64,000 bases of DNA from Paramecium tetraurelia (taxonomy: Eukaryota). A program made the translations under genes and the position numbers. The DNA is taken from positions 62,001 through 126,000 of the forward strand of contig CT868651.1 of the NCBI GenBank assembly GCA_000165425.1, given 5' to 3'. The notes under the pieces are model-generated. The model was not told the origin of the DNA, made no database searches, and saw only the letters and a list, made by a program, of their open reading frames with translations. Numbering within the stretch: position 1 is the stretch's first letter; every line of letters begins with the position of its first letter. Below are positions 51,204 to 64,000 of this stretch, piece by piece.

Positions 51204-52536
51204 TTTAATTAAAAAAAAAAAGTATTTGAAACACAATTATCAATATCCTGACTTAAAACATAAAAAAATAATACATATTAAATTTATTTTTTTATTAAAC
51301 ACTCACCCCCTTCAAATATGTAAAATTAAATACGCATTTACAAATCTAAGATACTCATCATTTTAACTATAAAGATAGATATGTTTAATAGATTCACTAA
51401 TTTGTATTTGTACAATATAATGCCTTAGGAATAATTTGATACATATATTAATACAAAAAGTTCACATAAGGTGTCGAAAAAGAAGAACTATAGAACTATA
51501 TATATAGTTAACAATTTAGTGTAGGCATTATTGTATATTGTGAGATTTTGACATCAATAAAAATAGTTAAACATTTAGTTGAGCAAAGAATCAAGAGAAC
51601 TAGATAAGCATACATAGCTTTTCGCTATGAACACTTCTAATACACTTAAAAGTCTATTCTGATAAGTCTAATCATTTGGAGTTTTCATGTAATAGTTTGT
51701 TTTGAAGTTGTAAACTTTGATCTCCTAAAACTTATAATAAAGTTTGAGATATTATACTTTAAAGTTGGTCAATGAATGGCTCCTATAATTTAAGACTTGT
51801 ATTTATTAATAGAAACCATAAAGAATTGCTTCAACAAAAAGAAAAGTCATATAATCTTTGGTTTTGACATTAATCTCAATCCTCTAAAATTGTTTACAGG
51901 ACCTGATCAAAAAGTAATGAAGAATGTTATATTTTTTGTGAAAGAAACCTCAATCTAGAAAATTATTTGATATATCTATGGATATAAAATGAGGAAGAGA
52001 ATTGTAAATAATGCACATGCTTAATTTACAAAGATAATGAGAATTAATATTATTAATTTAGTTACCATAATAAATACGAATATTTCAGATTTATTCTTTT
52101 TGTAAACCTTTTGTTATTTCCATCAATCAAGAATAGCAGCTACTTAATAAAGAAGAACTCATAAAATTTATAATATAAAGTATAACTATTAGAAATAAAT
52201 AATAATTTTTTATTCGTTTTTCTAGATAAATTAATGACTTTATAATAAATTCATTTTATATTATAAGCACCTCTTGAAACAGTATAATATTCACAAAAAT
52301 TTACTGCAATATTTATTCAATAAATGAAAGACTTATCTTACGATAATAATTATATTGAATAATAGACCAATCCAGTCCTTGAAAATAATAAATTAAAGGC
52401 TGCAGGATTTGTCTATAATTTATTAAAATAGTATTTTTAAATATAATTTCTTGAAAAACTTTGAAAATAGTGATATTTGTAGTTTGCATTAAAAATAATT
52501 AAATATATGGCAAATTGTATATGTAATGTACTTATT

Positions 52537-52773
52537 TCATCTTAATCTTCTGGCTTCTCTTTCGCATTCCATGAGTTCTAGAGTATCACCTTTTCTGACT
52601 GGTCCCATAACATTTCTAATGAGGGTTCTTTATTGGCCAACCAATTTGAACCTTAACTTATGTAATGCCACCTCTGGAACCTGCACAATATATAATTGAT
52701 GGATACCTGTTCTTCCAATGATTTCGATGACTGTGGCTCTTGTGCCTTCTACTCTATCTTTAGTTGAATCCAT
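52537..52773 (-). CDS. RPS28: 40S ribosomal protein S28
   Basis: [51 protein letters not shown]; one 26-nt intron. Confidence 0.97.
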
Positions 52774-52855
52774 GCTGAGTTTATCTAATTTTAATTAAAT
52801 GATTTAATTAATTTGTGTATTTGATGCAAATATTAATAAAGTATAAATAAATTGT

Positions 52856-53561
52856 TCACTCTGTGTGCTTCGGTGATCTATATGGATTACTTGGACTTCC
52901 TTTTTGATTGACAAATCTGATGGGGCTGTTCCTATTAACTTTCCGAATTTCACTTGGATCAGAAAGCAATTGTTTTCTGCCTTCTCTGACGAATTCTTTT
53001 GTCTCAGACTGGCCAGAAAATAGAATGTGATGCTAAAATAACGAAAGAGTAGTCTACTTATAATTCTGAGTTCTCCTTGCTTAATTTAATATTCTTTTAT
53101 TCTAGGAATGTGACTTTACTCTTCAATTCGCTTATGACCTCAGCCGATTCCTCAGTAGGCAGAGTTAAATTGTTATGCAAGGGACTTACTTTTCTTTTCT
53201 GCAAAGCCGTTTTCAGTTATTCCAATTGCTCTAATGCTTTTTACAGTACCACCAATTCGAAAGTGGTGGTCTTGAAGATGGCTTAACTATTGTAGGAATT
53301 AATTTTGGTTGACAATTATTGGATCTGGAGATTGGCATTTTCCAATTGGACTTTGAGCATTTTATTTTCATTTTGAAGCAAATTGATTTTCTGATAGAGC
53401 AATTCCAATTCACCCAATTGTTTTGCAGGCGTGTAGCTTTTGCTATCTGGAATGGGGGATGAGGATTGGAAGAGCATTCGTTGATGAGGAGAGTGGGAGG
53501 GATTGGTTTTATGTGTTGGAGTTTGATTTGTAAAAGGTAAATTTGGATATTGTGAAGGCAT
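52856..53561 (-). CDS. Uncharacterised coiled-coil protein
   Basis: MPSQYPNLP..LQNENKMLKVQLE..; one short intron; TGA 52856-52858. Confidence 0.72.
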
Positions 53562-53595
53562 ATTAACTTATTACATTAATTAATTTAACTGTCAT

Positions 53596-54973
53596 ATGAA
53601 AAAGAACAACATTTTATCAGTGCCTATCAAGTATTAAAATTAGATATATTAAGTAGAAGTAAGAATTATGTATTAAATAGATTTTTGCATTCGATACACC
53701 TTTGCAAATTGCCTATAGATTTTGCACTCAACAGAATTTGGAATTCAATTTTATATCACCACTTTCAAAATAAATAATTTCCTTTGTGTCCTTGCTTTTG
53801 GATTCCACCAGCATAGACAATACAGTCAAGGCATAAATACGATTGCATTTTGATAAATTCATAAACAACGCAAGTATTAGGGAGAGTATTAAAATTGTGG
53901 ACACATCCATATAAATTTAAAATGATTGCATCCAAATTGCAAAGCAATAAGAATCAACGCGAAATAAGGATGAGAACTTCAATTTCTCATTTGACAAAGA
54001 CAACAATGAGGGCAACACATCAAACATTCAGGATTAATTCTAATTTTCATTTAAAAACAAATTATAAGAAATGTTGAATCCTGAAAAATATTAATCCTCC
54101 TCCAGAGGAAACAGTCATGTAGATCATTACGTTAAGAATAATTCGATTCATCAGATTGAGAATCTTCAAAAACAGGAGAAATTGAATTAGAAAATAATGA
54201 ATCGATTAAAAAACAAATCACCAAGTAAATCACCAAATAAATCTCCAAACAGACGAGTTGGCATACCTTATCAAGAGTATATGAAAAGACCAAGTGTTTA
54301 GATAGACAATAATATTAAGGATAGTTTCCATTCGAATTAGAATTATGGTCTCAAAAATAGGCCAAATCAATTCATTAGTGTTTAATAGAGTCCCATCTAT
54401 TCACCTGAGAAGCCAGAATAAAATACTCTTCAAACCTTACCAAAAGGTAGAATAAGTATAGAAAAATCAAAGCAATCTAATTCGAGAAATATCTCTCCTC
54501 AGGAAATTAGTTTCTCCTAATAATAGATAGATTAGAGCATATAATCAGTAAAGAATTAAATAAAATAGTTTAGTCTATGATTAGCAATGGGACTCTATGT
54601 AATAGCAGAATCGAACACCAGTCTAAGTAGGACAGAATAAAGAGTTTCAAGGATTTGATGAATAAGTTATAGTGTATTTCAACTCCTTAGAAGAGTCATA
54701 GAAACTATGAGATTTGTATCAAGCAATAAAACAATACATATGCAAAAATAGTAAACAACATTTTTAGTGTAAAGTTATTAGGAATAAAAAATTAATGAAA
54801 TATTTGTTATGCTTGATGCTGACAAGGATGGTTTCATAGATCATGAAGTCAATTTGCAATAGTTAAGATAATAAATCATAGATATGTTCGAGCCGGTTTG
54901 GTTTCAAATTTTGTGGAAGAAGATTAGGATCAATAAAAGATAGTTTTAAGAATTGATGTAAAAAAGGTAATGA
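53596..54973 (+). CDS. Uncharacterised protein with C-terminal EF-hand
   Basis: MKKNNILSVPIKY..FDTPLQIAYRFC (22-nt intron); C-terminal IFVMLDADKDGFIDHE. Confidence 0.72.
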
Positions 54974-55111
54974 TTTAAGTAATTAAGAATTAAGGATCTT
55001 GATTAATAAGACATTGGAAAATTTATATTTAATGGAATTAAAAAGTGATATATACAACAGTTTTTATAAAAATAAATTAATATTTATTAATTCAAATTAA
55101 TTTGAATTTCG

Positions 55112-56171
55112 ATGTTGCCTGAATTCGGTGAAAGTGATGCGGAGAGATATGAAAAACTAGAAAAAATAGGGAGTGGAACCTATGGAGTTGTGTATAAAGC
55201 ATTGGATAAATTAAATGGATAAATTGTAGCTGTTAAAAAGATGACCTAAGAAGTATTGAAAATCCGCCAAATCATTAGTTAGAGCAGGAAGGTGTGCCTT
55301 CAACTGCGATTAGAGAGATTAGTTTACTCAGAGAGCTTAACAATCCACATATCGTTTAATTAAGGGACGTAGTTATTAGAAATAAGAAACTTTAACTAGT
55401 CTTTGAATATATGGAAAGAGACCTCAAGGCACTTTTGGATATTTCTCCAAAAGATCAATCTCTCGATAAAATTACAATTAAAAAAATAATCCATCAAATA
55501 TTGAAGGGAATTCAAGCTTGTCATCAAAGACGCATTTTGCACAGAGATCTCAAGCCCCAAAATATATTAATTGACAAACAAGGTATTCAAAATCAAATCA
55601 ATGTAGGTAATACAAAAATTGCAGATTTTGGTCTCGCAAGACCATTCCAAGTGCCAATCAGACCCTATACTCATGAAGTAGTAACTTTATGGTATAGAGC
55701 ACCTGAAGTATTGTTGGGAGCTGTTGAATACAGCACTCCAGTCGACATATGGTCAGTTGGATGCATCTTCTATGAATTAATTACAAAAAAGGCACTCTTC
55801 ACAGGAGATTCTGAAATTGATCAATTATTTAGAATTTTCAGGATTCTCGGCACTCCAAATGAGAACACATGGCCAGTACGACTCTAATTCTATACATATC
55901 TAGGGTGTAACTAATTTGAAGGATTATAAAACTACGTTTCCCAATTGGAGTCCCCAAGGATTTAAACAATTGTTAAATCGTGATGTAGATCAATTAGCTA
56001 TTGATTTATTGACTAGAATGCTAAAATTGGATCCTACTCAAAGAATCAGCGCTAAATAGGCGCTTAATCATGTAAATAATTAAAAATATTGTTAAGTAAT
56101 ACTTTTAAGAATTTCAAGTCAAACCTATTCCCAAGAAGTCAGATTATTAATCCTTAATTAAATTTCCATGA
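55112..56171 (+). CDS. Cyclin-dependent kinase, CDK1/2 (PSTAIRE) class
   Basis: [59 protein letters not shown]; four short introns. Confidence 0.96.
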
Positions 56172-56193
56172 ATTTATTATATCATATTATTTT

Positions 56194-57459
56194 ATGTCAG
56201 AGAGGTCTTTATCTCCATCAGATTACCATGAGTTCAAGCATGCCAAGTCAATCATGGTTATCAAGACTTCTTTTAAAAAGAGAAGATCAATTCGTTGTAA
56301 AGTCAATCAGAAATTCCAGTTGGAATTAGAATTAAATAGATGTAATTTATCTTGTGAATGTTCTAATTGTGGCAAACCTGTGGGGTTCTAATTAAAGATT
56401 CATGGGGAATTACCTCTCAAAGAAACCTGGTACTATTATATAAATATATTAGTTATTAGAAAAAGAAAAGAGTCTTGAAAAGATTCAAGGCTATCGGAAA
56501 TGCTATTCTATTCATCCTCATTTATAAATTGGAGGCAATCAAAAAGTGGAAAAAGAAAATGCATATTCTCAGAGCAGCCAGAAACTTAACTATCATAAGA
56601 AGACCTGCAGTTCTTCAATCAGTTCATTTATTACCAAATCTACAACCAATGAAATAACCCATCAAGTACTTTTTCCTTTTTGAAAGAACGAAATAACTAT
56701 CTATCTCATCAATTTCCATTCAAACACTCCCATGAATCCTCTAAAAGTTAAATCAATGATTACTCTCATGCTATTCACACTCAACAAACTTCAAGTAATC
56801 CAAAAGAACTAAGACCTTTTGATCCCTCTCCTGCAAGACCCAAATCACGACTATTGAACGAGAACCAAGGTAAGAATCATTCTTAAATATAGGGTGTGCA
56901 AATCATGAAATGTAATAACTATCTGAACAATAATATATATAAAAGAGTAAAGAAACCTAAATTGAACTAAAGAGACTAGCCAGATCAAAAGCATTATAGA
57001 AAACAGTTGAAGCTTGTTCTTGCAAATCACAAAACATCTAGTAGAACAGCTAAGACGAGGAGATATTATTATTGAACGAATCTTAACAAAATCCATTTTA
57101 CTAATCATATTAAAAAGGACCAAGGAAGAGTTAAGTTCAATAATATTTGGAGAAGATGTTGAAGAATGTGGAATGTAATTATTTATATTATTGATTTAGA
57201 GAAAAATGTGATTATCAAAAAAGAAACTAATTTTAAACCATTAAGTATTTTAAACGAAGAGATAAATAAATCAAAAACCAAATTTCATTTCAGATCCAAC
57301 TCTTAATTGTCTCTCACTAATTATTAGTCCTAATTTATACCATATTTTGAACAAGTCAGAACTACAACTAATAGTTCTTATCATAATAATAAAAAGGATT
57401 GTCTTAAATTGATAGATCTTATGAAAAACAAAAATAAAGTTATTAAAATAAAAAAGTGA
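56194..57459 (+). CDS. Uncharacterised Cys-motif protein (C.C.C..CG); apparent frameshift near 56690
   Basis: RCNLSCECSNCGK and a helical RFKAIGNAILFI segment. The first frame stops at 56733-56735, but coding-like sequence with two further canonical introns continues in another frame to TGA 57457-57459. Confidence 0.55.
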
Positions 57460-57946
57460 ATGCATTCAAAATGACATTCTTATATTTAAATTGTATAATA
57501 ATCGTATTTAAATTTCATAATAGAATTATAAATATTTTTATATTAATTTTCATCAAATTTTTTGTCTTCTTATTTAAGAGTTATTTCTTCATCTGTTTTT
57601 AAGAATCTAAAAGAAATCAGGATTTCATTTGAAGTAAATAAAAACAGAGTTGAATTTAATGGTTATAAATGAACTTTCTATTATATTGTATAATAGACAC
57701 ATAATTAATGTAATAAAATTAAGATATTTATTTTCTTATGATTCTATTAAAAAGTAGATTAATTAATAGTTTAAACTTATAATAATTTCCTAATAATTCA
57801 TATTGGTTTTATTAGGATGTAATAAACGAAATAATATTTGTACAATGTCTTAATTTTCAAAGCAGAATTAAGTTAATAAACAGTCTTTATGAATTGATAT
57901 CAGCATTTATATTATTTCAATTCCTATAAATAATAAATTTAAAAAA

Positions 57947-59426
57947 ATGTCAGAAAAATAAGATTTTTAGCTTATTAAATTTCCCTTCCAATCAGATTAT
58001 CCAAATATGATAACCATAAGCCTTATGTCATAGTCTATGAAACAGGTTGATAAAAGAAAATCAATTAAGATAAAAGATTTAAATAAAATTGAAGAATTAG
58101 ATTTATTATTAAGAGGTAGCAAATTTACAATATTATCCTAATAACGCCCTTATATTATCATGTCAAAATATAGTTAGAAAATTCTATATATTAAGAAACA
58201 ACAGCAAATCCTAGTCAAATATGAACACAGAGAAATACCAATAATAAAGGAGGTAGAAGGAATTCCGTAGTCAATATAAGGAGTGTTATTTAATACAGTA
58301 AGAATAGTTATATTTATGACTAAAAAATTTGAGAATAGAATATAGAAAATTACATGTGGTTTATGATTATGATCAATTATGATGATGTAAATTAATTGAT
58401 TAATAAAATGAGTAAAAAACATCTAGTTGAGGAGATGATTACGATAAGGGAAGAAATGAGACATATCAATGTAAATAGTATTTGTTAAAAAAGAATAGAA
58501 TGTTAACAACAAACTCCTCAAAAATCTTTGAGTTTACACCTTTATAAAATAGAAATCAAAAGATCAGGAAATATTGTTATTAATTGGTTGCTCTAAAACC
58601 TAAATAATTCAAGAAGTATTTTGTATCAGAATAATACATCCATGAATTATTGAATAGAATGGATTATGAAAAACTGCTTCAAATATCATTGAAGTTTATC
58701 GTTAAACATTTATAGAATTAAGAAGATGAATAAAGTTAGCGCTATGAATCCCCTTCACCCACTAATATTAAAGACGTTGATAGAGTCACGAAGATAATCA
58801 AGGATATTGTTTCGCCCATAAGAACTAAAATAATTTCATAAGCCTAATTTTTTGATCAGCAATTAAAAAGTATTCACAAATCCTGCCAAACCCAACCTTC
58901 TACTTTTGAAACACAATCAAAGAATAATTTTAATTTAGGCATTCGACAATAATCATCTATATTATCCTCTATATAATAGGACAATTTAAACTCACCTAAA
59001 TTTAATGAAAATATAATAAATGCCATTGATGAGATTTCTTTCGAAAGATCCTCCATTAAAAAAGACAACCAGAATCTTAAAGAGTTCGAATAAAAAGGGG
59101 ATCTTCAAAATAATTAATAATTAAGTCACTCTTAAACAAGAGATTAAAAAATGAATTATGATATTAGCGTAATAACTACTCCAAAACAAAAAGAACTAGA
59201 TAATTATAAATAGACATTGAATACCAGTATGAATAGTTCATTCAAAGATACAAAAAGAAAATTTCAAAACAAATCCATGTTGTAATTGAAACATCTCGAA
59301 AAGTTAGAAGACAAAAGATTTCCTAAGAAAGAAGTACCATCTACTATGCTTTCTGTTGATTATGTGCGTAAGAGAAGAAAAACACCAGAAAAAAATAGAG
59401 GGTTTAATATCATTACAAATTATTGA
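57947..59426 (+). CDS. Uncharacterised protein ending in GFNIITNY
   Basis: Long code-6 frames joined by a 23-nt intron near 58471 and a less certain intron of about 32 nt near 58307-58338. Confidence 0.55.
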
Positions 59427-59451
59427 TAACATATATATTTTAATATTAAAA

Positions 59452-59990
59452 ATGTAGTTAGATTAATTGATAACAACCTTTGGTTTGGATTCTTGTGATG
59501 AAATCCCTTTTCTCAAATTGTATGCAAGGAAATTCAAAATCTCTCGTCCTTCATATATTGCTTTCATCGTTGTGTTATTAGGATTAGCTTGCATAATATT
59601 AGGAATAGGAAGAGGATTCTTTATTAAAATTATGACATTGGTTTATCCATTCATCATGACCTTAGAAGTCATAGAAACATAGAGTAATATATCTTATATA
59701 AGTTTGTTTAGATTACAGGAATGCCAAATAATGGTTATCATATTGGGTTATAGTGATGATTGTTCATTTGTTGGATGACTACTTTTATTGGATATTATAT
59801 TACTTACCCTATTACCATTTCATTAAGTTCATCTTTTTTGTGTTGCTGTTTCACCCTAAAACACAGTTTGCAGAACATTTCTATGATGCAGTATACATAT
59901 ATAACTACATGATAGGTATTTCATAGGTGTTATATCAACTATTAAAAATACATATATTCAAGCAAGAGAGTATCCAGCTACAACTATTGA
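59452..59990 (+). CDS. TB2/DP1/HVA22 (YOP1/REEP) ER-shaping protein
   Basis: LVYPFIMTLEVIE..KQWLSYWV..LPYYHFIKFIFFVLLFHPKTQFAEHFYD; two introns. Confidence 0.9.
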
Positions 59991-60817
59991 TTTAACTTTC
60001 ATATATGTGTTTATTATCTAATATTTTATTAGATTCTTTTCAAATTTGTGTATAATTATAATTAAATGTATAAAGAAAATTAATCTTTAATGATTTTTGT
60101 TCTTGTATTAAATACAAATATAAATATGCTAATATTAAGATATATATTAAAAGTATTTGTTAATTCTTAATATATTTAACATATTGATATGTTCAGCAAC
60201 TAGATTATTCTAGTTGTATTAATAAATAGTATTAATCTAAATAATTGATCTCTTAGATACTTTTAAGTTTACAATTTATAATAAAATTAAATTCAATTAG
60301 CATTCTAGGTTAAGATGATAATTTTGGATATGAATTTAATAACTTTTATTAAACAAGAAATTAATTAAGAATTGAAACATGTAAGAAGATTCAGATAATT
60401 TTCAAATTCTCTAAAGTAGTATATAGGTTAATTTATAATTTATATATGATAGTTAGATTATTTGAAATCCATATTCATAATTAGAAGAACAAAGAGAGGT
60501 TTTAATTACAGAATCAATAACAATTCAATTATTTTATGTATAGAAATTGATAATCTTAAAATATAGTATAAACTATTATCTAAGACTTTAGCGACATAAT
60601 TCTATTTAAAATAGTGAAAAAGAATAGAGTCATCTTATTGTTTGATTTACAAAGTGGAATTTTTAGATTAAGTCAAAATTGCATTTAATCTATTATTTAA
60701 CTTAATAATTAATAATTACATCATGTAAATACAATATTGAATATATATTTTTATTAATATTAATGGCAAATCAATCGGGAGTTGAAGAACTTTTTGGTTG
60801 TTTAACAAGATAAAGTA

Positions 60818-61892
60818 ATGAGATTTTAGATTGGTGCATTACGTACATTCGTTAAATAATTAGGATTTCTACTTAAATTAATCATGGCTTTTATGATTTT
60901 ACTGTGTTCCATTTATTTATTAATCAATTAGAGAAAACCATAATATAAAAAACAATTGACGAGGAAATAAATAATTTTTGCCATCTTAATAGTTGATATA
61001 GCTTGTAAAGTCTTGTTATATATTAGTTTATTTGGCATTTCAGTTAAGCAACAGAGTTGATGCTTTGTATTTCCCCATTCCATATTTTCAATTTATGTTC
61101 ATCAGCTATAGTATTTACTATTTTGGCAGAAAGTCTATATTGATAGCTTCATTCAATGGATCAGGTGAAGCATTATCAATTACGGCAACAATGCAAATAA
61201 AATTGGCTCAATTGATGTTCAATGGATTGGTGTTCTTTATTTCAGCCATTTTTGTATTAAATTACATAGACTACTTTCTGAATATGGATGATTATCACTT
61301 ATGCCAAGGTTATATCGCTAATTATTAATTAGCTTAGTTTTTCAATATAATTACCACAGTCGGATTCTTGCTTTAAGGATTATTCTTTTTATAGATAAGA
61401 CAGTTAACTCGTTAAGTGAACAAGAATATTAAATATGATCAAAGTGGAGAAATCAGATAATTTACTGAAGTTGTGAAGAAGAGATTAAAATAAATTTGGT
61501 ATAAATGCTCAATATAGAGGTTGCTCCTGATTGTAAATATAATAGGTTCTTTTGTTAGTTTTACTTAGAATATCTATTTTGTGATCATGAATCAAATATA
61601 CCACACTAAAGGTATAAGATACACATGCTTTTATGTCAATGTAAGAACTCATTCATAATGAATTTAGTTTCCGAATGATGAGAATTTGACCAATTTCTTG
61701 AATTCAAGTCTTGACTTGTTAGATAAATTCTTTTCTTTCTTTCTTCCCTACTTTTTTGCTCTAGTTATATTTTGGTCGAGAAAGGCAAAACAGGTGGTGT
61801 AATCAGAATCTTAAGAAATTACAACCGAAACGTATGTCATTCAAAGTGATAGCACAGAATAGATAGATCAAAGTCCATCAATGGAAACTTGA
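60818..61892 (+). CDS. Multi-pass (about 7 TM) membrane protein, receptor-like; start uncertain (60763 or 60818)
   Basis: About seven hydrophobic helices ending FFLPYFFALVIFW, then an acidic tail; several short introns. Confidence 0.7.
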
Positions 61893-61963
61893 TTAATTTA
61901 TTTTTGTGCTAAATCTTTAAAAGATTGACAAATTAAACATTTTTCAGAATATAATTTAATTTA

Positions 61964-62343
61964 ATGTAGAGAATTCATAATTTCTTTAGATTCTCAAGAA
62001 AAATTCGCCTCTATGTTCAAAGTGAAATAAATCCACAGATCAAACTTACCATAGATGCTACAGAAGGTGAGGTTTTGGCAAAGGAATTAAAAAGACACAA
62101 AGTGCCATTACCTTTTGAGTGTGGATTCTCATGTTCATGTTCTACTTGTTCAGTGTTAATAGCTAATTCGAATGACTTTAGCAACATTTAGATTGCCTAA
62201 CCCCAGAGTTAAGAGGAAATCAATGTGTTGACAACGGAAGGAAAGGGTGGAAGGTATTTATTCTCTGAGATAATTTAAGAGTGCGTCTGTCTTGTTAAAT
62301 CAATGTATGCAAGGAATTGGATGGTGTTACATTATTAATTTGA
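61964..62343 (+). CDS. 2Fe-2S ferredoxin, adrenodoxin type, probably mitochondrial
   Basis: ECGFSCSCSTC (Cx5Cx2C), EE and RLSCQ motifs; short basic N-terminus MQRIHNFFRFSRK; one 26-nt intron. Confidence 0.9.
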
Positions 62344-62423
62344 GTATTTTTTAACTTATGAAGAAATGTTATAAATGACCTTCTTAAAGTCATGAAAGTT
62401 ATATTAATATAATTTATATTCAA

Positions 62424-62721
62424 ATGTCTTTCGATAAATTATAGCCTGTCATTAAACAAATCGATATGAGTGACGAAATGCAAAGAGAAGTCATTGAAGT
62501 TTCAAGACAAGCCATAGATAAGAGTTCTACTGTAAAAGCATTTCTAATTGTAGGATCAATAAATAGCATCATATATTAAGGATGAATTAAGAGCAAAATA
62601 TCATGGAACGTGGCATTGTATTGTAGGAAGAAACTTTGGGTCATATGTGACTCACGAAACAAAACATTATATATATTTTTACATTGGATAACTGGCCATC
62701 ATGCTCTTCAAAACAGGATGA
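62424..62721 (+). CDS. Dynein light chain LC8 family
   Basis: [53 protein letters not shown]; one 22-nt intron. Confidence 0.95.
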
Positions 62722-62875
62722 ATTATATATTAAATATCAGATAATAAATATTGGTCATATGAATTCCATCGGTTATATTTGTTTAGTATACAGAGGATCG
62801 AGGATCTCAAAATATCAGTTTTTTAATTATTATATTATTGAAAAAAAAGTGTTAGAAAATACAGCAAATACTTTA

Positions 62876-63952
62876 TCAAACAGGGTCTTGGATGTAATTA
62901 CTTTATGCTTTTGCATAGAATACCTTTTATTGTAATTGATTCTATCTCTTCTCTTTGGATTGTAGTTATTAAAACCCTAATTTCACTATGAAATCCTCAT
63001 CATTAGGCATAAAGTTTCGATATTCCTATTGTATAGAATTGAGTGGATTGAACTCTATGCATTTCATCAATCTTTTAGTTTAGGAATCACTGTCATCCAA
63101 CATGAATGTAGGTTAGATATCATGATTTTCTAGATCATATTTTTTTAGATTCACTTTTTAATTCAATCGTCTCTGAGATTTTTTCATTATCCTAGCAATA
63201 ATAGATTAATTTTATTTTTCCTATTCAAAATTCTAAACCTACTGTCCTGATTAAGCTCTTGCTCTGCTAGGTCTAGCACTATGTTGAAATTTCTAATCCA
63301 AATCATAAGTTTTTTCTCTACGAAATGAATATGTCTTTCTTGCTGAGCATGAAGTAGTCTGAGGACGTATGAACTCAGTGTTCGTTGTTTATTAATTGTT
63401 TGTATTTAATGAATAATGATTCATATATTTACTTTTTACTGTCATTTGACTTGCTTTCATCCCATATTTTGCATTTATAGTATTTAATTTTTGTTCGAAC
63501 TCCTTGCTCATTAATTTACACTTCTGAGGCTACTCAATCTTCCTGGGCTACACTGATGAAGGCCTTATTTATCGATATATCACTCTATTTTTGAAGTCCT
63601 TGATCACTTATTGAATTCTTTCAGATTTATTATCATATTTTTAAGAAAGCCTAAACGAACTGTAGAGTTTATCGAAGTCACCTAATTATTCACTTAAATT
63701 CTAATGTTCTAAAGATATCTTCCGTGGTTTTATTAAATCATGACTAGTATTATTTTAAAAGGCAAGATCATTTATTTTATTCAGAATCTCTCTTATTTTT
63801 CCTAAATCCCAACTGCCGCTTGTTTTATCACATTTCAGAGTCCGCAACATTTCCAATGGATTATGTAAAAAATCCTCTATCATTCCACTTGCCAAGCCAA
63901 AAGGTTTTGGTTTATCAGGACTGTCTTCCAAGTTTATAAAAGTCAAAGACAT
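62876..63952 (-). CDS. Uncharacterised protein (358 aa)
   Basis: Intronless code-6 ORF MSLTFINLEDSP..NYIQDPV*, traced end to end. Confidence 0.75.
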
Positions 63953-64000
63953 AAAAAAATTAAATTAGTTTACAAAATCAATTCATACCTACATTCTTCT

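Noticed and set aside
62860..62867. TACAGCAA matching the IES end consensus TAYAGYNR
   Set aside because: I found no convincing inverted partner end and the adjacent ORF is uninterrupted; a single 8-mer match is expected by chance.
408..63952. Most short standard-code ORFs as independent small genes
   Set aside because: They are fragments or antisense shadows of code-6 genes, cut at TAA/TAG.
1..64000. tRNA/rRNA/snRNA genes, telomeric repeats, CRISPR arrays, transposons
   Set aside because: By eye I saw no GC-rich structured segments, C3-4A2-3 arrays, spaced direct repeats, terminal inverted repeats or transposase/RT motifs; small ncRNAs cannot be excluded without Infernal or tRNAscan.

Overview
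This is AT-rich, gene-dense eukaryotic DNA that reads as a ciliate macronuclear chromosome segment, most consistent with Paramecium. TAA/TAG encode Gln (translation table 6), TGA is the only stop, introns are about 21-32 nt GT..AG, and many intergenic gaps are only 20-100 bp. The supplied standard-code ORF track is therefore fragmentary, so I re-read the genes by hand in code 6. About 37 protein-coding loci are supported. Recognisable ones are TM9SF/EMP70 (partial), a secreted two-domain cystatin, an NFX1-type RING/zinc-finger protein, a DHHC palmitoyltransferase, a SHAQKYF-type Myb, Rab1A, a histidine-kinase-like membrane protein, an H-type-lectin-like protein, a ULK-like kinase, an SPX-EXS (XPR1/PHO1) protein, a C2H2 protein, an OSCA/TMEM63 channel, a TH1-AGC kinase, two MORN proteins, an LRR/EF-hand protein, URM1, a B-box protein, a type I DnaJ, RPS28, a PSTAIRE CDK, YOP1/HVA22, a 2Fe-2S ferredoxin and dynein LC8. 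The most striking observation is that the NFX1-like E3 ligase gene continues in one reading frame into a SAC3/GANP (TREX-2-type PCI) domain, a fusion architecture I do not recognise as described. Other notable points are a probable pseudo-histidine kinase, a predicted acylated PP1-targeting protein with SILK and RVxF motifs, duplicated cystatin domains with matching intron positions, several disabled genes, and extremely short bidirectional promoters. I saw no tRNA, rRNA, CRISPR array, transposon, telomeric repeat or retained IES. All family assignments come from motif recognition by eye, not database searches.
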